64,000 nt of DNA from Octopus vulgaris (Eukaryota): NCBI GenBank assembly GCA_951406725.2, contig OX597815.1:205530001-205594000 (forward strand), written 5' to 3'. The translations under genes were made by a program, and so were the position numbers. Below, one piece after another: positions 1-11,291 of this stretch (positions are counted from its first letter, which is position 1; each line of letters begins with the position of its first letter). The notes under the pieces were generated by a model. The model was not told where the DNA came from. It saw nothing but the letters and a program-made list of their open reading frames with translations, and did no database searches.

Positions 1-3000
1 TATCGTCTGCCGTTACGTTCTGAGTTCAAATTCCGCCGAGGTCGACTTTGCCTTTCATCCTTTCGGGTAGATAAATTAAGTACCAGTTACGCACTGAGGT
101 CGATGTAATCGACTTAATCCGTTTGTCTGTCCTTGTTTGTCCTCTCTGTGTTTAGCCCCTTGTGGGTAGTAAAGAAATAGGTATATCGTCTGCCGTTACG
201 TTCTGAGTTCAAATTCCGCCGAGGTCGACTTTGCCTTTCATCCTTTCGGGGTAGATAAATTAAGTACCAGTTACGCACTGAGGTCGATATAATGGACTTA
301 ATCCGTTTGTCTGTCCTTGTTTGTCCTCTCTGTGTTTAGCCCCTTGTGGGTAGTAAAGAAATAGGTATATCATCTGCCGTTACGTTCTGAGTTCAAATTC
401 CGCCGAGGTCGACTTTGCCTTTCATCCTTTCGGGTAGATAAATTAAGTACCAGTTACGCACTGAGGTCGATGTAATCGACTTAATCCGTTTGTCTGTCCT
501 TGTTTGTCCTCTCTGTGTTTAGCCCCTTGTGGGTAGTAAAGAAATAGGTATATCGTCTGCCGTTACGTTCTGAGTTCAAATTCCGCCGAGGTCGACTTTG
601 CCTTTCATCCTTTCGGGTAGATAAATTAAGTACCAGTTACGCACTGAGGTCGATGTAATCGACTTAATCCGTTTGTCTGTCCTTGTTTGTCCTCTCTGTG
701 TTTAGCCCCTTGTGGGTAGTAAAGAAATAGGTATATCGTCTGCCGTTACGTTCTGAGTTCAAATTCCGCCGAGGTCGACTTTGCCTTTCATCCTTTCGGG
801 GTAGATAAATTAAGTACCAGTTACGCACTGAGGTCGATGTAATCGACTTAATCCGTTTGTCTGTCCTTGTTTGTCCTCTCTGTGTTTAGCCCCTTGTGGG
901 TAGTAAAGAAATAGGTATATCGTCTGCCGTTACGTTCTGAGTTCAAATTCCGCCGAGGTCGACTTTGCCTTTCATCCTTTCGGGGTAGATAAATTAAGTA
1001 CCAGTTACGCACTGAGGTCGATATAATGGACTTAATCCGTTTGTCTGTCCTTGTTTGTCCTCTCTGTGTTTAGCCCCTTGTGGGTAGTAAAGAAATAGGT
1101 ATATCATCTGCCGTTACGTTCTGAGTTCAAATTCCGCCGAGGTCGACTTTGCCTTTCATCCTTTCGGGGTAGATAAATTAAGTACCAGTTACGCACTGAG
1201 GTCGATGTAATCGACTTAATCCGTTTGTCTGTCCTTGTTTGTCCTCTCTGTGTTTAGCCCCTTGTGGGTAGTAAAGAAATAGGTATATCGTCTGCCGTTA
1301 CGTTCTGAGTTCAAATTCCGCCGAGGTCGACTTTGCCTTTCATCCTTTCGGGGTAGATAAATTAAGTACCAGTTACGCACTGAGGTCGATGTAATCGACT
1401 TAATCCGTTTGTCTGTCCTTGTTTGTCCTCTCTGTGTTTAGCCCCTTGTGGGTAGTAAAGAAATAGGTATATCGTCTGCCGTTACGTTCTGAGTTCAAAT
1501 TCCGCCGAGGTCGACTTTGCCTTTCATCCTTTCGGGGTAGATAAATTAAGTACCAGTTACGCACTGAGGTCGATATAATGGACTTAATCCGTTTGTCTGT
1601 CCTTGTTTGTCCTCTCTGTGTTTAGCCCCTTGTGGGTAGTAAAGAAATAGGTATATCATCTGCCGTTACGTTCTGAGTTCAAATTCCGCCGAGGTCGACT
1701 TTGCCTTTCATCCTTTCGGGGTAGATAAATTAAGTACCAGTTACGCACTGAGGTCGATGTAATCGACTTAATCCGTTTGTCTGTCCTTGTTTGTCCTCTC
1801 TGTGTTTAGCCCCTTGTGGGTAGTAAAGAAATAGGTATATCGTCTGCCGTTACGTTCTGAGTTCAAATTCCGCCGAGGTCGACTTTGCCTTTCATCCTTT
1901 CGGGGTAGATAAATTAAGTACCAGTTACGCACTGAGGTCGATGTAATCGACTTAATCCGTTTGTCTGTCCTTGTTTGTCCTCTCTGTGTTTAGCCCCTTG
2001 TGGGTAGTAAAGAAATAGGTATATCGTCTGCCGTTACGTTCTGAGTTCAAATTCCGCCGAGGTCGACTTTGCCTTTCATCCTTTCGGGGTAGATAAATTA
2101 AGTACCAGTTACGCACTGAGGTCGATGTAATCGACTTAATCCGTTTGTCTGTCCTTGTTTGTCCTCTCTGTGTTTAGCCCCTTGTGGGTAGTAAAGAAAT
2201 AGGTATATCGTCTGCCGTTACGTTCTGAGTTCAAATTCCGCCGAGGTCGACTTTGCCTTTCATCCTTTCGGGGTAGATAAATTAAGTACCAGTTACGCAC
2301 TGAGGTCGATGTAATCGACTTAATCCGTTTGTCTGTCCTTGTTTGTCCTCTCTGTGTTTAGCCCCTTGTGGGTAGTAAAGAAATAGGTATATCGTCTGCC
2401 GTTACGTTCTGAGTTCAAATTCCGCCGAGGTCGACTTTGCCTTTCATCCTTTCGGGGTAGATAAATTAAGTACCAGTTAAGCACTGAGGTCGATGTAATC
2501 GACTTAATCCGTTTGTCTGTCCTTGTTTGTCCTCTCTGTGTTTAGCCCCTTGTGGGTAGTAAAGAAATAGGTATATCGTCTGCCGTTACGTTCTGAGTTC
2601 AAATTCCGCCGAGGTCGACTTTGCCTTTCATCCTTTCGGGGTAGATAAATTAAGTACCAGTTACGCACTGAGGTCGATGTAATCGACTTAATCCGTTTGT
2701 CTGTCCTTGTTTGTCCTCTCTGTGTTTAGCCCCTTGTGGGTAGTAAAGAAATAGGTATATCGTCTGCCGTTACGTTCTGAGTTCAAATTCCGCCGAGGTC
2801 GACTTTGCCTTTCATCCTTTCGGGGTAGATAAATTAAGTACCAGTTACGCACTGAGGTCGATGTAATCGACTTAATCCGTTTGTCTGTCCTTGTTTGTCC
2901 TCTCTGTGTTTAGCCCCTTGTGGGTAGTAAAGAAATAGGTATATCGTCTGCCGTTACGTTCTGAGTTCAAATTCCGCCGAGGTCGACTTTGCCTTTCATC

Positions 3001-5143
3001 CTTTCGGGTAGATAAATTAAGTACCAGTTACGCACTGAGGTCGATGTAATCGACTTAATCCGTTTGTCTGTCCTTGTTTGTCCTCTCTGTGTTTAGCCCC
3101 TTGTGGGTAGTAAAGAAATAGGTATATCGTCTGCCGTTACGTTCTGAGTTCAAATTCCGCCGAGGTCGACTTTGCCTTTCATCCTTTCGGGGTAGATAAA
3201 TTAAGTACCAGTTACGCACTGAGGTCGATGTAATCGACTTAATCCGTTTGTCTGTCCTTGTTTGTCCTCTCTGTGTTTAGCCCCTTGTGGGTAGTAAAGA
3301 AATAGGTATATCGTCTGCCGTTACGTTCTGAGTTCAAATTCCGCCGAGGTCGACTTTGCCTTTCATCCTTTCGGGGTAGATAAATTAAGTACCAGTTACG
3401 CACTGAGGTCGATGTAATCGACTTAATCCGTTTGTCTGTCCTTGTTTGTCCTCTCTGTGTTTAGCCCCTTGTGGGTAGTAAAGAAATAGGTATATCGTCT
3501 GCCGTTACGTTCTGAGTTCAAATTCCGCCGAGGTCGACTTTGCCTTTCATCCTTTCGGGGTAGATAAATTAAGTACCAGTTACGCACTGAGGTCGATGTA
3601 ATCGACTTAATCCGTTTGTCTGTCCTTGTTTGTCCTCTCTGTGTTTAGCCCCTTGTGGGTAGTAAAGAAATAGGTATATCGTCTGCCGTTACGTTCTGAG
3701 TTCAAATTCCGCCGAGGTCGACTTTGCCTTTCATCCTTTCGGGGTAGATAAATTAAGTACCAGTTACGCACTGAGGTCGATGTAATCGACTTAATCCGTT
3801 TGTCTGTCCTTGTTTGTCCTCTCTGTGTTTAGCCCCTTGTGGGTAGTAAAGAAATAGGTATATCGTCTGCCGTTACGTTCTGAGTTCAAATTCCGCCGAG
3901 GTCGACTTTGCCTTTCATCCTTTCGGGGTAGATAAATTAAGTACCAGTTACGCACTGAGGTCGATGTAATCGACTTAATCCGTTTGTCTGTCCTTGTTTG
4001 TCCTCTCTGTGTTTAGCCCCTTGTGGGTAGTAAAGAAATAGGTATATCGTCTGCCGTTACGTTCTGAGTTCAAATTCCGCCGAGGTCGACTTTGCCTTTC
4101 ATCCTTTCGGGGTAGATAAATTAAGTACCAGTTACGCACTGAGGTCGATGTAATCGACTTAATCCGTTTGTCTGTCCTTGTTTGTCCTCTCTGTGTTTAG
4201 CCCCTTGTGGGTAGTAAAGAAATAGGTATATCGTCTGCCGTTACGTTCTGAGTTCAAATTCCGCCGAGGTCGACTTTGCCTTTCATCCTTTCGGGGTAGA
4301 TAAATTAAGTACCAGTTACGCACTGAGGTCGATGTAATCGACTTAATCCGTTTGTCTGTCCTTGTTTGTCCTCTCTGTGTTTAGCCCCTTGTGGGTAGTA
4401 AAGAAATAGGTATATCGTCTGCCGTTACGTTCTGAGTTCAAATTCCGCCGAGGTCGACTTTGCCTTTCATCCTTTCGGGGTAGATAAATTAAGTACCAGT
4501 TACGCACTGAGGTCGATGTAATCGACTTAATCCGTTTGTCTGTCCTTGTTTGTCCTCTCTGTGTTTAGCCCCTTGTGGGTAGTAAAGAAATAGGTATATC
4601 GTCTGCCGTTACGTTCTGAGTTCAAATTCCGCCGAGGTCGACTTTGCCTTTCATCCTTTCGGGGTAGATAAATTAAGTACCAGTTACGCACTGAGGTCGA
4701 TGTAATCGACTTAATCCGTTTGTCTGTCCTTGTTTGTCCTCTCTGTGTTTAGCCCCTTGTGGGTAGTAAAGAAATAGGTATATCGTCTGCCGTTACGTTC
4801 TGAGTTCAAATTCCGCCGAGGTCGACTTTGCCTTTCATCCTTTCGGGGTAGATAAATTAAGTACCAGTTACGCACTGAGGTCGATGTAATCGACTTAATC
4901 CGTTTGTCTGTCCTTGTTTGTCCTCTCTGTGTTTAGCCCCTTGTGGGCAGTAAAGAAATAGGTATTTTGTCTGCCGCTACGTTCTGAGTTCAAATTCCGC
5001 CGAGGTCGATTTTGCCTTTCATCCTTTCGGGGTCAATAAATTAAGTACCAGTTATGCACTGGGGTCAATATAATCGACTTAATCCATTTGTCTGTCCCTG
5101 TTTGTCCCCTCTGTGTTTAGCCCCTTGTGGGTAGTAAAGAAAT
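1..5143 (+). repeat. Tandem array of ~28 copies of a 184-bp SINE-derived unit (continues past the left edge)
   Basis: Unit TATCGTCTGCCGTTACGTTCTGAGTTCAAATTCCGCCGAGGTCGAC...AAAGAAATAGGTA recurs at 1, 184, 368, 551, 734, 918 and onward. The same sequence occurs in dispersed SINE copies at ~15050 and ~61640. Confidence 0.97.
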
Positions 5144-5241
5144 AGAAACAAGTAAGAGATAAATATGTTATTGCTTTCTTTTTTTTTTTTAATCTTTGTT
5201 TCTTCGTTTTAATTTTAATTATTTCTTGATCTCTTCGTTAG

Positions 5242-5477
5242 GGATGGAGATTTGTATGCTGCTTTACGGGACTGTCACAGCGCTCTCCAGTTGGATCTCA
5301 ATTATTTGAAAGCTCATTTCCGTCTGGCCCGCTGCCTCTATGAATTGTCATGGCCCCAAGAAGCTCATGACTGCTTACAGCAGTTCAAGTCCAAATTTCC
5401 AGACTACGCCAGAAACAGTGCCTGTGAGACTCTCGACAGAGACATCAAAGCTGCAATGTTTTCAAAAACTGATCATG
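5242..5477 (+). CDS. WDTC1: WD and tetratricopeptide repeats protein 1, internal exon (TPR region)
   Basis: ttag|GGATGGAGAT...GATCATG|gtatga. Encodes DGDLYAALRDCHSALQLDLNYLKAHFRLARCLYEL...LDRDIKAAMFSK. Confidence 0.93.
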
Positions 5478-5636
5478 GTATGAGTTTTACCTTTTTTTCT
5501 AAAAATCTGTCATTCAATGATTTAGTTATGTCATCTTATAGGCGCAGGAGTGGCTGTGTGGTAAATAATAATAATAATAATAATAATTGTGTACAGTGCT
5601 CAGGTGCACTACAACTCATCTAAAGTGTATATATAA

Positions 5637-8460
5637 TCAGGTGTAGTTTCGGCGGATTTCGGAAAGCATGAGGGCCTTAAAGGATGCAGTGTCATGGCAG
5701 TCAACAACTGACGCAGGCAGTTTATTCCATGCTTCAGCAACTCTGAGCGTGAAAAAATGTTTCCGAAAGTCATAGGAGCTGTGTTGTTTTCTGACTTTGT
5801 AGGCATGTCCACGTGTGTTAGACACATGGAGATCAAAAAGGTGTTCAGTGTTGTTGTTGGTGAGGTGGTTGATAACCTTGTGGGTGTTTACCAAGTCCGT
5901 CGCCAGACGCCGGAGCTTCAGTGAATCCATGCCCAGGGAAACAAGGCGCTCAGAATATGGTAGGTGTCTGATGGAGGGTATGCGTTTGGTTGCACGTCTC
6001 TGGACAGATTCCAGGAGGTCAATGTTCTGAGCAAGATAGGGATTCCAAACTGATGATGCGAATTCCAAGTGCGGTCGTACCATAGCTGTATACAGTTTTA
6101 AATAGATGGCTGGAGAGCGGCTAACAAAAGTCTTGCTGAGTGATGCCAAGACACCCTCGGCCTTCTTGACAATTTTAGAGATATGCTTTGTCCAACGCAA
6201 ATCACTGCTGACAGTGATGCCTAGGTCACGCTCGCAAGAGGATTTCTTGATATCAGTGTTGTGGAGGGAGTATGTGGACGCAGGGTTTTTCTCCCAAAAT
6301 GCATGGTGGTACACTTGTCCACAGCCAGTTTCAGTTGCCAGTCTGTGATCCATTGCTGCATTGTGTCTAGGTCTGATTGCAGGAAAGAGTTGTAGACATC
6401 AGGATCAGTCCTCTTGATTTCAAGGTACAGCTTGATGTCGTCTGCATATTTCAATACTGTGGCATTCTTTAAATTGGCATCTATGTCATTAATGTATGCC
6501 ACAAACAGGAGGGGACCAAGGACAGATCCCTGTGGTACACCCGATGACATCTCATATGGTGTAGAGTGCTGTCCTAGAACTGTGACTACCTCCTTTCGGC
6601 TGAGGATGAAGGATTTCAACCAGTTAAAAAGGTCATCCCCCACACCCATTGCAGAGAGTTTCACCATAAGCCTTTTGTGTGGCACAGAGTTGAAAGCCTT
6701 AGCAAAGTCAAGGTAGACAACATCCACCCATGAGCCACTGTCAGTGATCTGAGTAATGTCCTCAAGGAACTCGACAAGCTGGTCACTGCAGCTGGAGTTA
6801 GGGACAAATCCATATTGTGAGGGTCGGATGAGACTGTGAGAGCTCCAGAAGTTCCAGAGTGTTTCTCTGACACACGATTCCATCAGTTTTGCAATACAGC
6901 TAGTGAGACTGACTGGGCGATAGTTGACAGGTGATGTGCGGTCACCCTTTTTGAACAGAGGAATGACACTGGCAGTTTTCCACTGCTCCGGAGTAGCACC
7001 ATTGTTGAGACAGTACTGGAAGAAAATAGAAAGCTGGTGTAAAAGGAAGTGCCTGCCACATTTGAGAAGCAGATATGTAACTCCATCGAGACCAGGGGAG
7101 GCATAGTTGCGCTTATTTTGAAGGTGACGTCGCAGCATTGCAGGTGTAAATTCCATAGTTGTTATGGAGTTTGCTGTTAGTGATGGTGAAGATGGTACAT
7201 TTTGACTTTCGACAGTGAATATGTTTGCATAGCACTCGGCAATGAGTTCTGTGCATTCCTTGGGGTCGTCAGTGATCTGGTTCGTGTGAGGGTTGCGAAG
7301 AGGGCCCACTGGAGAGTGAGGTCTCTGCTTTGAATGCACATATTTCCAGAAAACCTTGCTGTCAGGATTGGCTGCTATGCACTGTTCAAATTCAAGCACT
7401 GCCTTTTTTGTCACTTGCTTGAGATGGTTGGAGGATTTATTCCGCTTCTTCCTGTTGGTGTCTGATTTATGCAACTTGTATTCCTGTTCAGAAGTCCGAC
7501 GTTCCTTCCTGGCAAGTCGGACCGCTGAAGTTTCCCAAATTGCCCTTTTGGGGCGGTTCTTCTTTTTTTGTTTACGTGGCACTGATGCTGCACATGCTGC
7601 CCATATTGAGTCCAGGATACTCTGGAGTATAGTATTCACATCTCCAGAGTTGTAGAATTCACGCCAGTTTGGGTGCTGTAGTTCAGTGTGGTACAGGTTC
7701 CAATCTGCTCTCTTCCAATCGAAGGAAGCAGATTGGAGATGGTTCAGGTGTTTGTTGCCCGCAAGAGCCAGATTGGCGATGATCATAGCATGATCAGAGT
7801 CACGTAGAGGTTCCTCCGTAGTGCAATTGATAACCGCTTCAGGAGTTGTGGTGAAGAGCAGGTCCAAGGTGTTGTCGCCTCTTGTTGGAGACGTGACTAC
7901 TTGTGACCAGTTTGAGTCCAGCACAAGCTCAACAAAATCGTTTGCACTCTGTGGCCAACGGAAGGTTTCCCAATCGATCTCAGGATGATTGAAATCGCCT
8001 GCAATAAACACATAAGTGGCTGTTTTCCTAGCTGCAGCTCGGAGGATGTTGCAAAGCTGTGTGTCCTGATGGTAATTTGGGGGACGATAAACAACGCCAA
8101 GCAGGAGTGTTGACATGGTCATACGTACGTCACAGAAAAAAACTTCTTCTTGTGATTCGTTCAAATCAGCACAAGGAGTTACCAAAAAATTTGAACGAAC
8201 GTAGACCATCACACCACCACCACGGCGGTTAGTGCGGTCCTTACGGAAGAGGTTGTACCCCGTGATGTTGAAAACCCCATCACAGAGTAAGGAATGCGCC
8301 CATGTTTCCGTGACAGTGATGAAGTCAGGGTCAACACTTCTGATGTAGGCGTTGAACAAATGTATTTTGTTGCATAAACTGCGAACATTTAAGGACAACA
8401 ATTTGTACCCTGCTCGCAGTTTATGATGGTGTGTGGAGGATGGCAGATTGTCCTGGCTTA
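5637..8460 (-). CDS. LINE ORF2 (APE endonuclease + reverse transcriptase), one 1-bp frameshift at ~6288
   Basis: ORFs 6221-8401 and 5637-6353 join (MHFGRK/NPASTY) if one A is added to the A5 run at 6286-6290. Confidence 0.9.
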
Positions 8461-9606
8461 GTTTCCCTGAGTTGCTGTAGTCTTTTTAGTTATTGTGGGT
8501 AGAGAGCACTCAGACCAGCTGGTATCTCTTCCACGTTTCATCAGTCTTGACAAATCTCCAGATTTGTCCATCTTCCCGAAGACTGAAGCTTTCCTGTAGA
8601 GCTGAGTTCCTATTCAGGGAAGCCGCTACACGTAGCTTCGGACGTAGATCGGACGGTAAGCCTGGGCGTGTTCGGAAGGTGGTCCGATTTTCACGCCCAG
8701 CTTTAACTGAGGCCAGATGGTAAGAGGTTGCCTCAGTGTGGTCCGAAAAAGACAACTTGATGAGCCTAGGTTTTGGGCCAGGTCGTCCAAGGCGGATAGC
8801 ACCCGTTGGGGGAACGCAGCCTAAGTCTTTGGCTGAGTTGGCGGCAAATGCCTGAATATCAGCCATGTCTTCAGGCACCCCAATGGCAATGACTTCATGG
8901 GTAGCAGAATCCGCGGTCTTAGATGCGACAAGAGGTACAGGTACAGGGAGGTTCTTTAGCAGAGCATTCCGATAAGACCCCTCATTGTGGAGTCCAACCT
9001 GAATGGTTGCTTTTATTCCTGCTACTTCCCCTCTTAAAGCACAGATCGATTGTTGCAGTTCTGCAAGAACCGCACTGGTCAATTGGTGTTGTTGTTGTTG
9101 CTGCTGCTGCTCTGGTTGTGGTTGATTTTGTTGTTGCTGCTGTTGTTGTTGATGTTGTTGTTGCTGCTGCTCTGGTTGTGGTTGATTTTGTTGTTGCTGC
9201 TGTTGTTGTTGTTGCTGCTGCTCTGGTTGTGGTTGATTTTGTTGTTGCTGCTGTTGTTGTTGTTGCTGCTGCTGCTGCTCTAGTTGTGGTTGATTTTGTT
9301 GTTGCTGCTGTTGCTGTTCCGCCTCCTCCATGGGAGTGGCAGGGGGAGACACAATCGTCGGTTGTGGAGGCACGCAGGCCTGACACTGAAAAGTCCAAGA
9401 TTTAAGCTGAACCATCTTCCAGAGTCTATCCATCATAGCATTATGATGGCTCTTTTTTGGCCTGGGATCTTCTGAAAGTCCGTGGCACATTGGAGGCAGA
9501 CAGAGATGAGGCATGTCCCACATTCGACCCAGCGATTACGGAACGTATTTTCGGGTTCCGTACAGATGTGGCAGGTGTGATTTTCTGGGCAGTGTTCTAT
9601 TTTGGA
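8458..9606 (-). CDS. LINE ORF1 (PHD-like finger, polyQ, coiled coil, RRM-like), frameshifted
   Basis: CHIC..WVECGTC..VCLQC in ORF 9433-9648 continues as WTFQCQAC in ORF 8510-9523. RRM-like VIAIGVPE..IRLGRPGPKPRLIKLSF is typical of LINE ORF1. Confidence 0.8.
9088..9317 (-). repeat. CAG/CAA compound repeat encoding (Q)n-NQPQPE units in LINE ORF1
   Basis: Five ~45-55 bp units of (caa/cag)n AATCAACCACAACCAGAG. Confidence 0.9.
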
Positions 9607-9753
9607 GTAGCTCGCTAACCAACCACATGGTTCCGGGTTCAGTCCCACTGCGTGGTATCTTGGGCAAGCGTCTTCTGCTATAGCCCCGGGCCGACCAATG
9701 CCTTGTGAGTGGATTTGGTAGACAGAAACTGAAAGAAGCCCGTTGTATATATG

Positions 9754-9784
<31 letters not shown>

Positions 9785-10200
9785 TTGTGTTTGTCCCCCT
9801 AGCATTGCCTGACAACCGATGCTGGTGTGTTTACGTCCCCGTCACTTAGCGGTTCGGCAAAAGAGACTGATAGAATAAGTACTGGGCTTACAAAGAATAA
9901 GTCCCGGGGTCGATTTGCTCGACTAAATGCGGTGCTCCAGCATGGCCGCAGTCAAATGACTGAAACAAGTAAAAGAGTAAAAGAGAGAATAGTATATCAT
10001 TTGATTGTAAAATGTGTGTGTGTGTGTGTGTGTGTGTACTCTGGCCGCCAGAATTTTCTGATAAGGATAACATTATTTTACATCACAGATCCCTCCAAAG
10101 ACATGTTAATCCATAACCCTTTCAGTATTATTGAGCCTTTGTATTATATACAGTAATCCCTTGCCATATCACGGTTCACCTATCGCAGTTTATTATTTAA

Positions 10201-10422
10201 CCCTTTCGTTACCAACCCAGCTGAAACCGGCCCTAGGTCTGTAGTAAAAATGTCTTGTTTTCAAAAGTTCTGAATTAAAATCTTCCACCAAACCTTAGTC
10301 ACAATTTATGTTCCTAACACTAGCTGAATGATAACTAAGTTATTTTACTAAATTCTTTGTTATATTTAAAATGAATTGAAAGAAACACAGAGCATCTCAA
10401 AATAAATACAGTAACGAAAGGG
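10201..10422 (+). mobile_element. piggyBac-type MITE family 1
   Basis: TTAA|CCCTTTCGTTAC...GTAACGAAAGGG|TTAA. Further copies at 30217, ~46138, 47218 and 57455. Confidence 0.9.
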
Positions 10423-10497
10423 TTAAGCTTACATCGATTCCTCTGAGGTGTTGTTTTGCATTTATAATAAAATAAATATATACATTTTATAAACATA

Positions 10498-10907
10498 GGC
10501 GCAGGAGTGGCTGTGTGGTAAGTAGCTTGCTAACCAACCACATGGTTCCGGGTTCAGTCCCACTGCGTGGCATCTTGGGCAAGTGTCTTCTGCTATAGCC
10601 TCGGGCCGACCTATGCCTTGTGAGTGGATTTGGTAGACGGAAACTGAACGAAGCCTGTCGTATATATGTATATATATATATATGTGTGTGTGTTTGTGTG
10701 TCTGTGTTTGTCCCCCTATCATTGCTTGACAACCGATGCTGGTGTGTTTATTACGTCCCCGTCACTTAGCGGTTCGGCAAAAGAGACCGATAGAATAAGT
10801 ACTGGGCTTACAAAGAATAAGTCCCAGGGTCGAGTTGCTCGACTAAAGGCGGTGCTCCAGCATGGCCGCAGTCAAATGACTGAAACAAGTAAAAGAGTAA
10901 AAGAGAG
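10498..10907 (+). mobile_element. SINE family A (tRNA-like head, internal TA/TG microsatellite, AAAAGAGT tail)
   Basis: Full-length match to many other copies in the window. Confidence 0.93.
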
Positions 10908-11250
10908 AATAGTAAAAAAACATACAGTACAGTACTGTTTCTACTTTACAGATTTTTACCTATTGTGGGGCAGTTTTGGAATGTAACACTCACGATAGTC
11001 AAGGGGTTACTGTACATGGTTTTGGCTCCAGTGATTGTTTATCTAAATCAGCTGTAAAATAAGACTTGGTTACATCATTCATGTATTTGTGTTTGCGGCT
11101 TCCCATGAAAATACACTCCTTGTGTCTGCTTTTGTTTATCTGACTTTTTTTTTATTTATATACACACCTGACAAAAGATTGTTCTTATAAATGACTTCTT
11201 ATACCACATTTATTTTAGCATTCTATAGCACACTGTATGTGTGTGTGTGT

Positions 11251-11289
<39 letters not shown>

Positions 11290-11291
<2 letters not shown>

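Larger units (their letters stand above)
5565..9606 (-). mobile_element. CR1/L2-group LINE, 5'-truncated, inserted inside a SINE
   Basis: ORF2 has APE endonuclease (LNVRSL, TETW, GDFNHP, DSDH) and RT (GVPQGSVLGPLLF, YADD). ORF1 lies upstream and a (TTA)n 3' tail sits at ~5565-5587. SINE halves flank it. Confidence 0.95.
5541..9987 (+). mobile_element. SINE family A copy split by the LINE (5541-5564 and 9607-9987)
   Basis: GGCGCAGGAGTGGCTGTGTGGTAA|...|GTAGCTCGCTAACCAACC. Intact copies read ...GTGGTAAGTAGCTTG... Confidence 0.93.
10151..11012. mobile_element. pogo/Tigger-like MITE containing two nested insertions
   Basis: TA|CAGTAATCCCTTG ... CAAGGGGTTACTG|TA inverted termini. Confidence 0.75.

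Noticed and set aside
1-5143. CRISPR array or tandem tRNA/5S/snRNA gene cluster
   Set aside because: No unique spacers, no cloverleaf or recognisable RNA gene. The unit is part of a dispersed SINE.
8923-9475. Val/Ala-, Thr/Ala- and Leu-rich ORFs
   Set aside because: Alternative frames of the CAG/CAA repeat in LINE ORF1.
10462-10986. Recurrent ORFs such as [16 protein letters not shown] and LQHGRSQMTETSKRVK as a gene family
   Set aside because: Translations of SINE family A, repeated wherever the SINE occurs.
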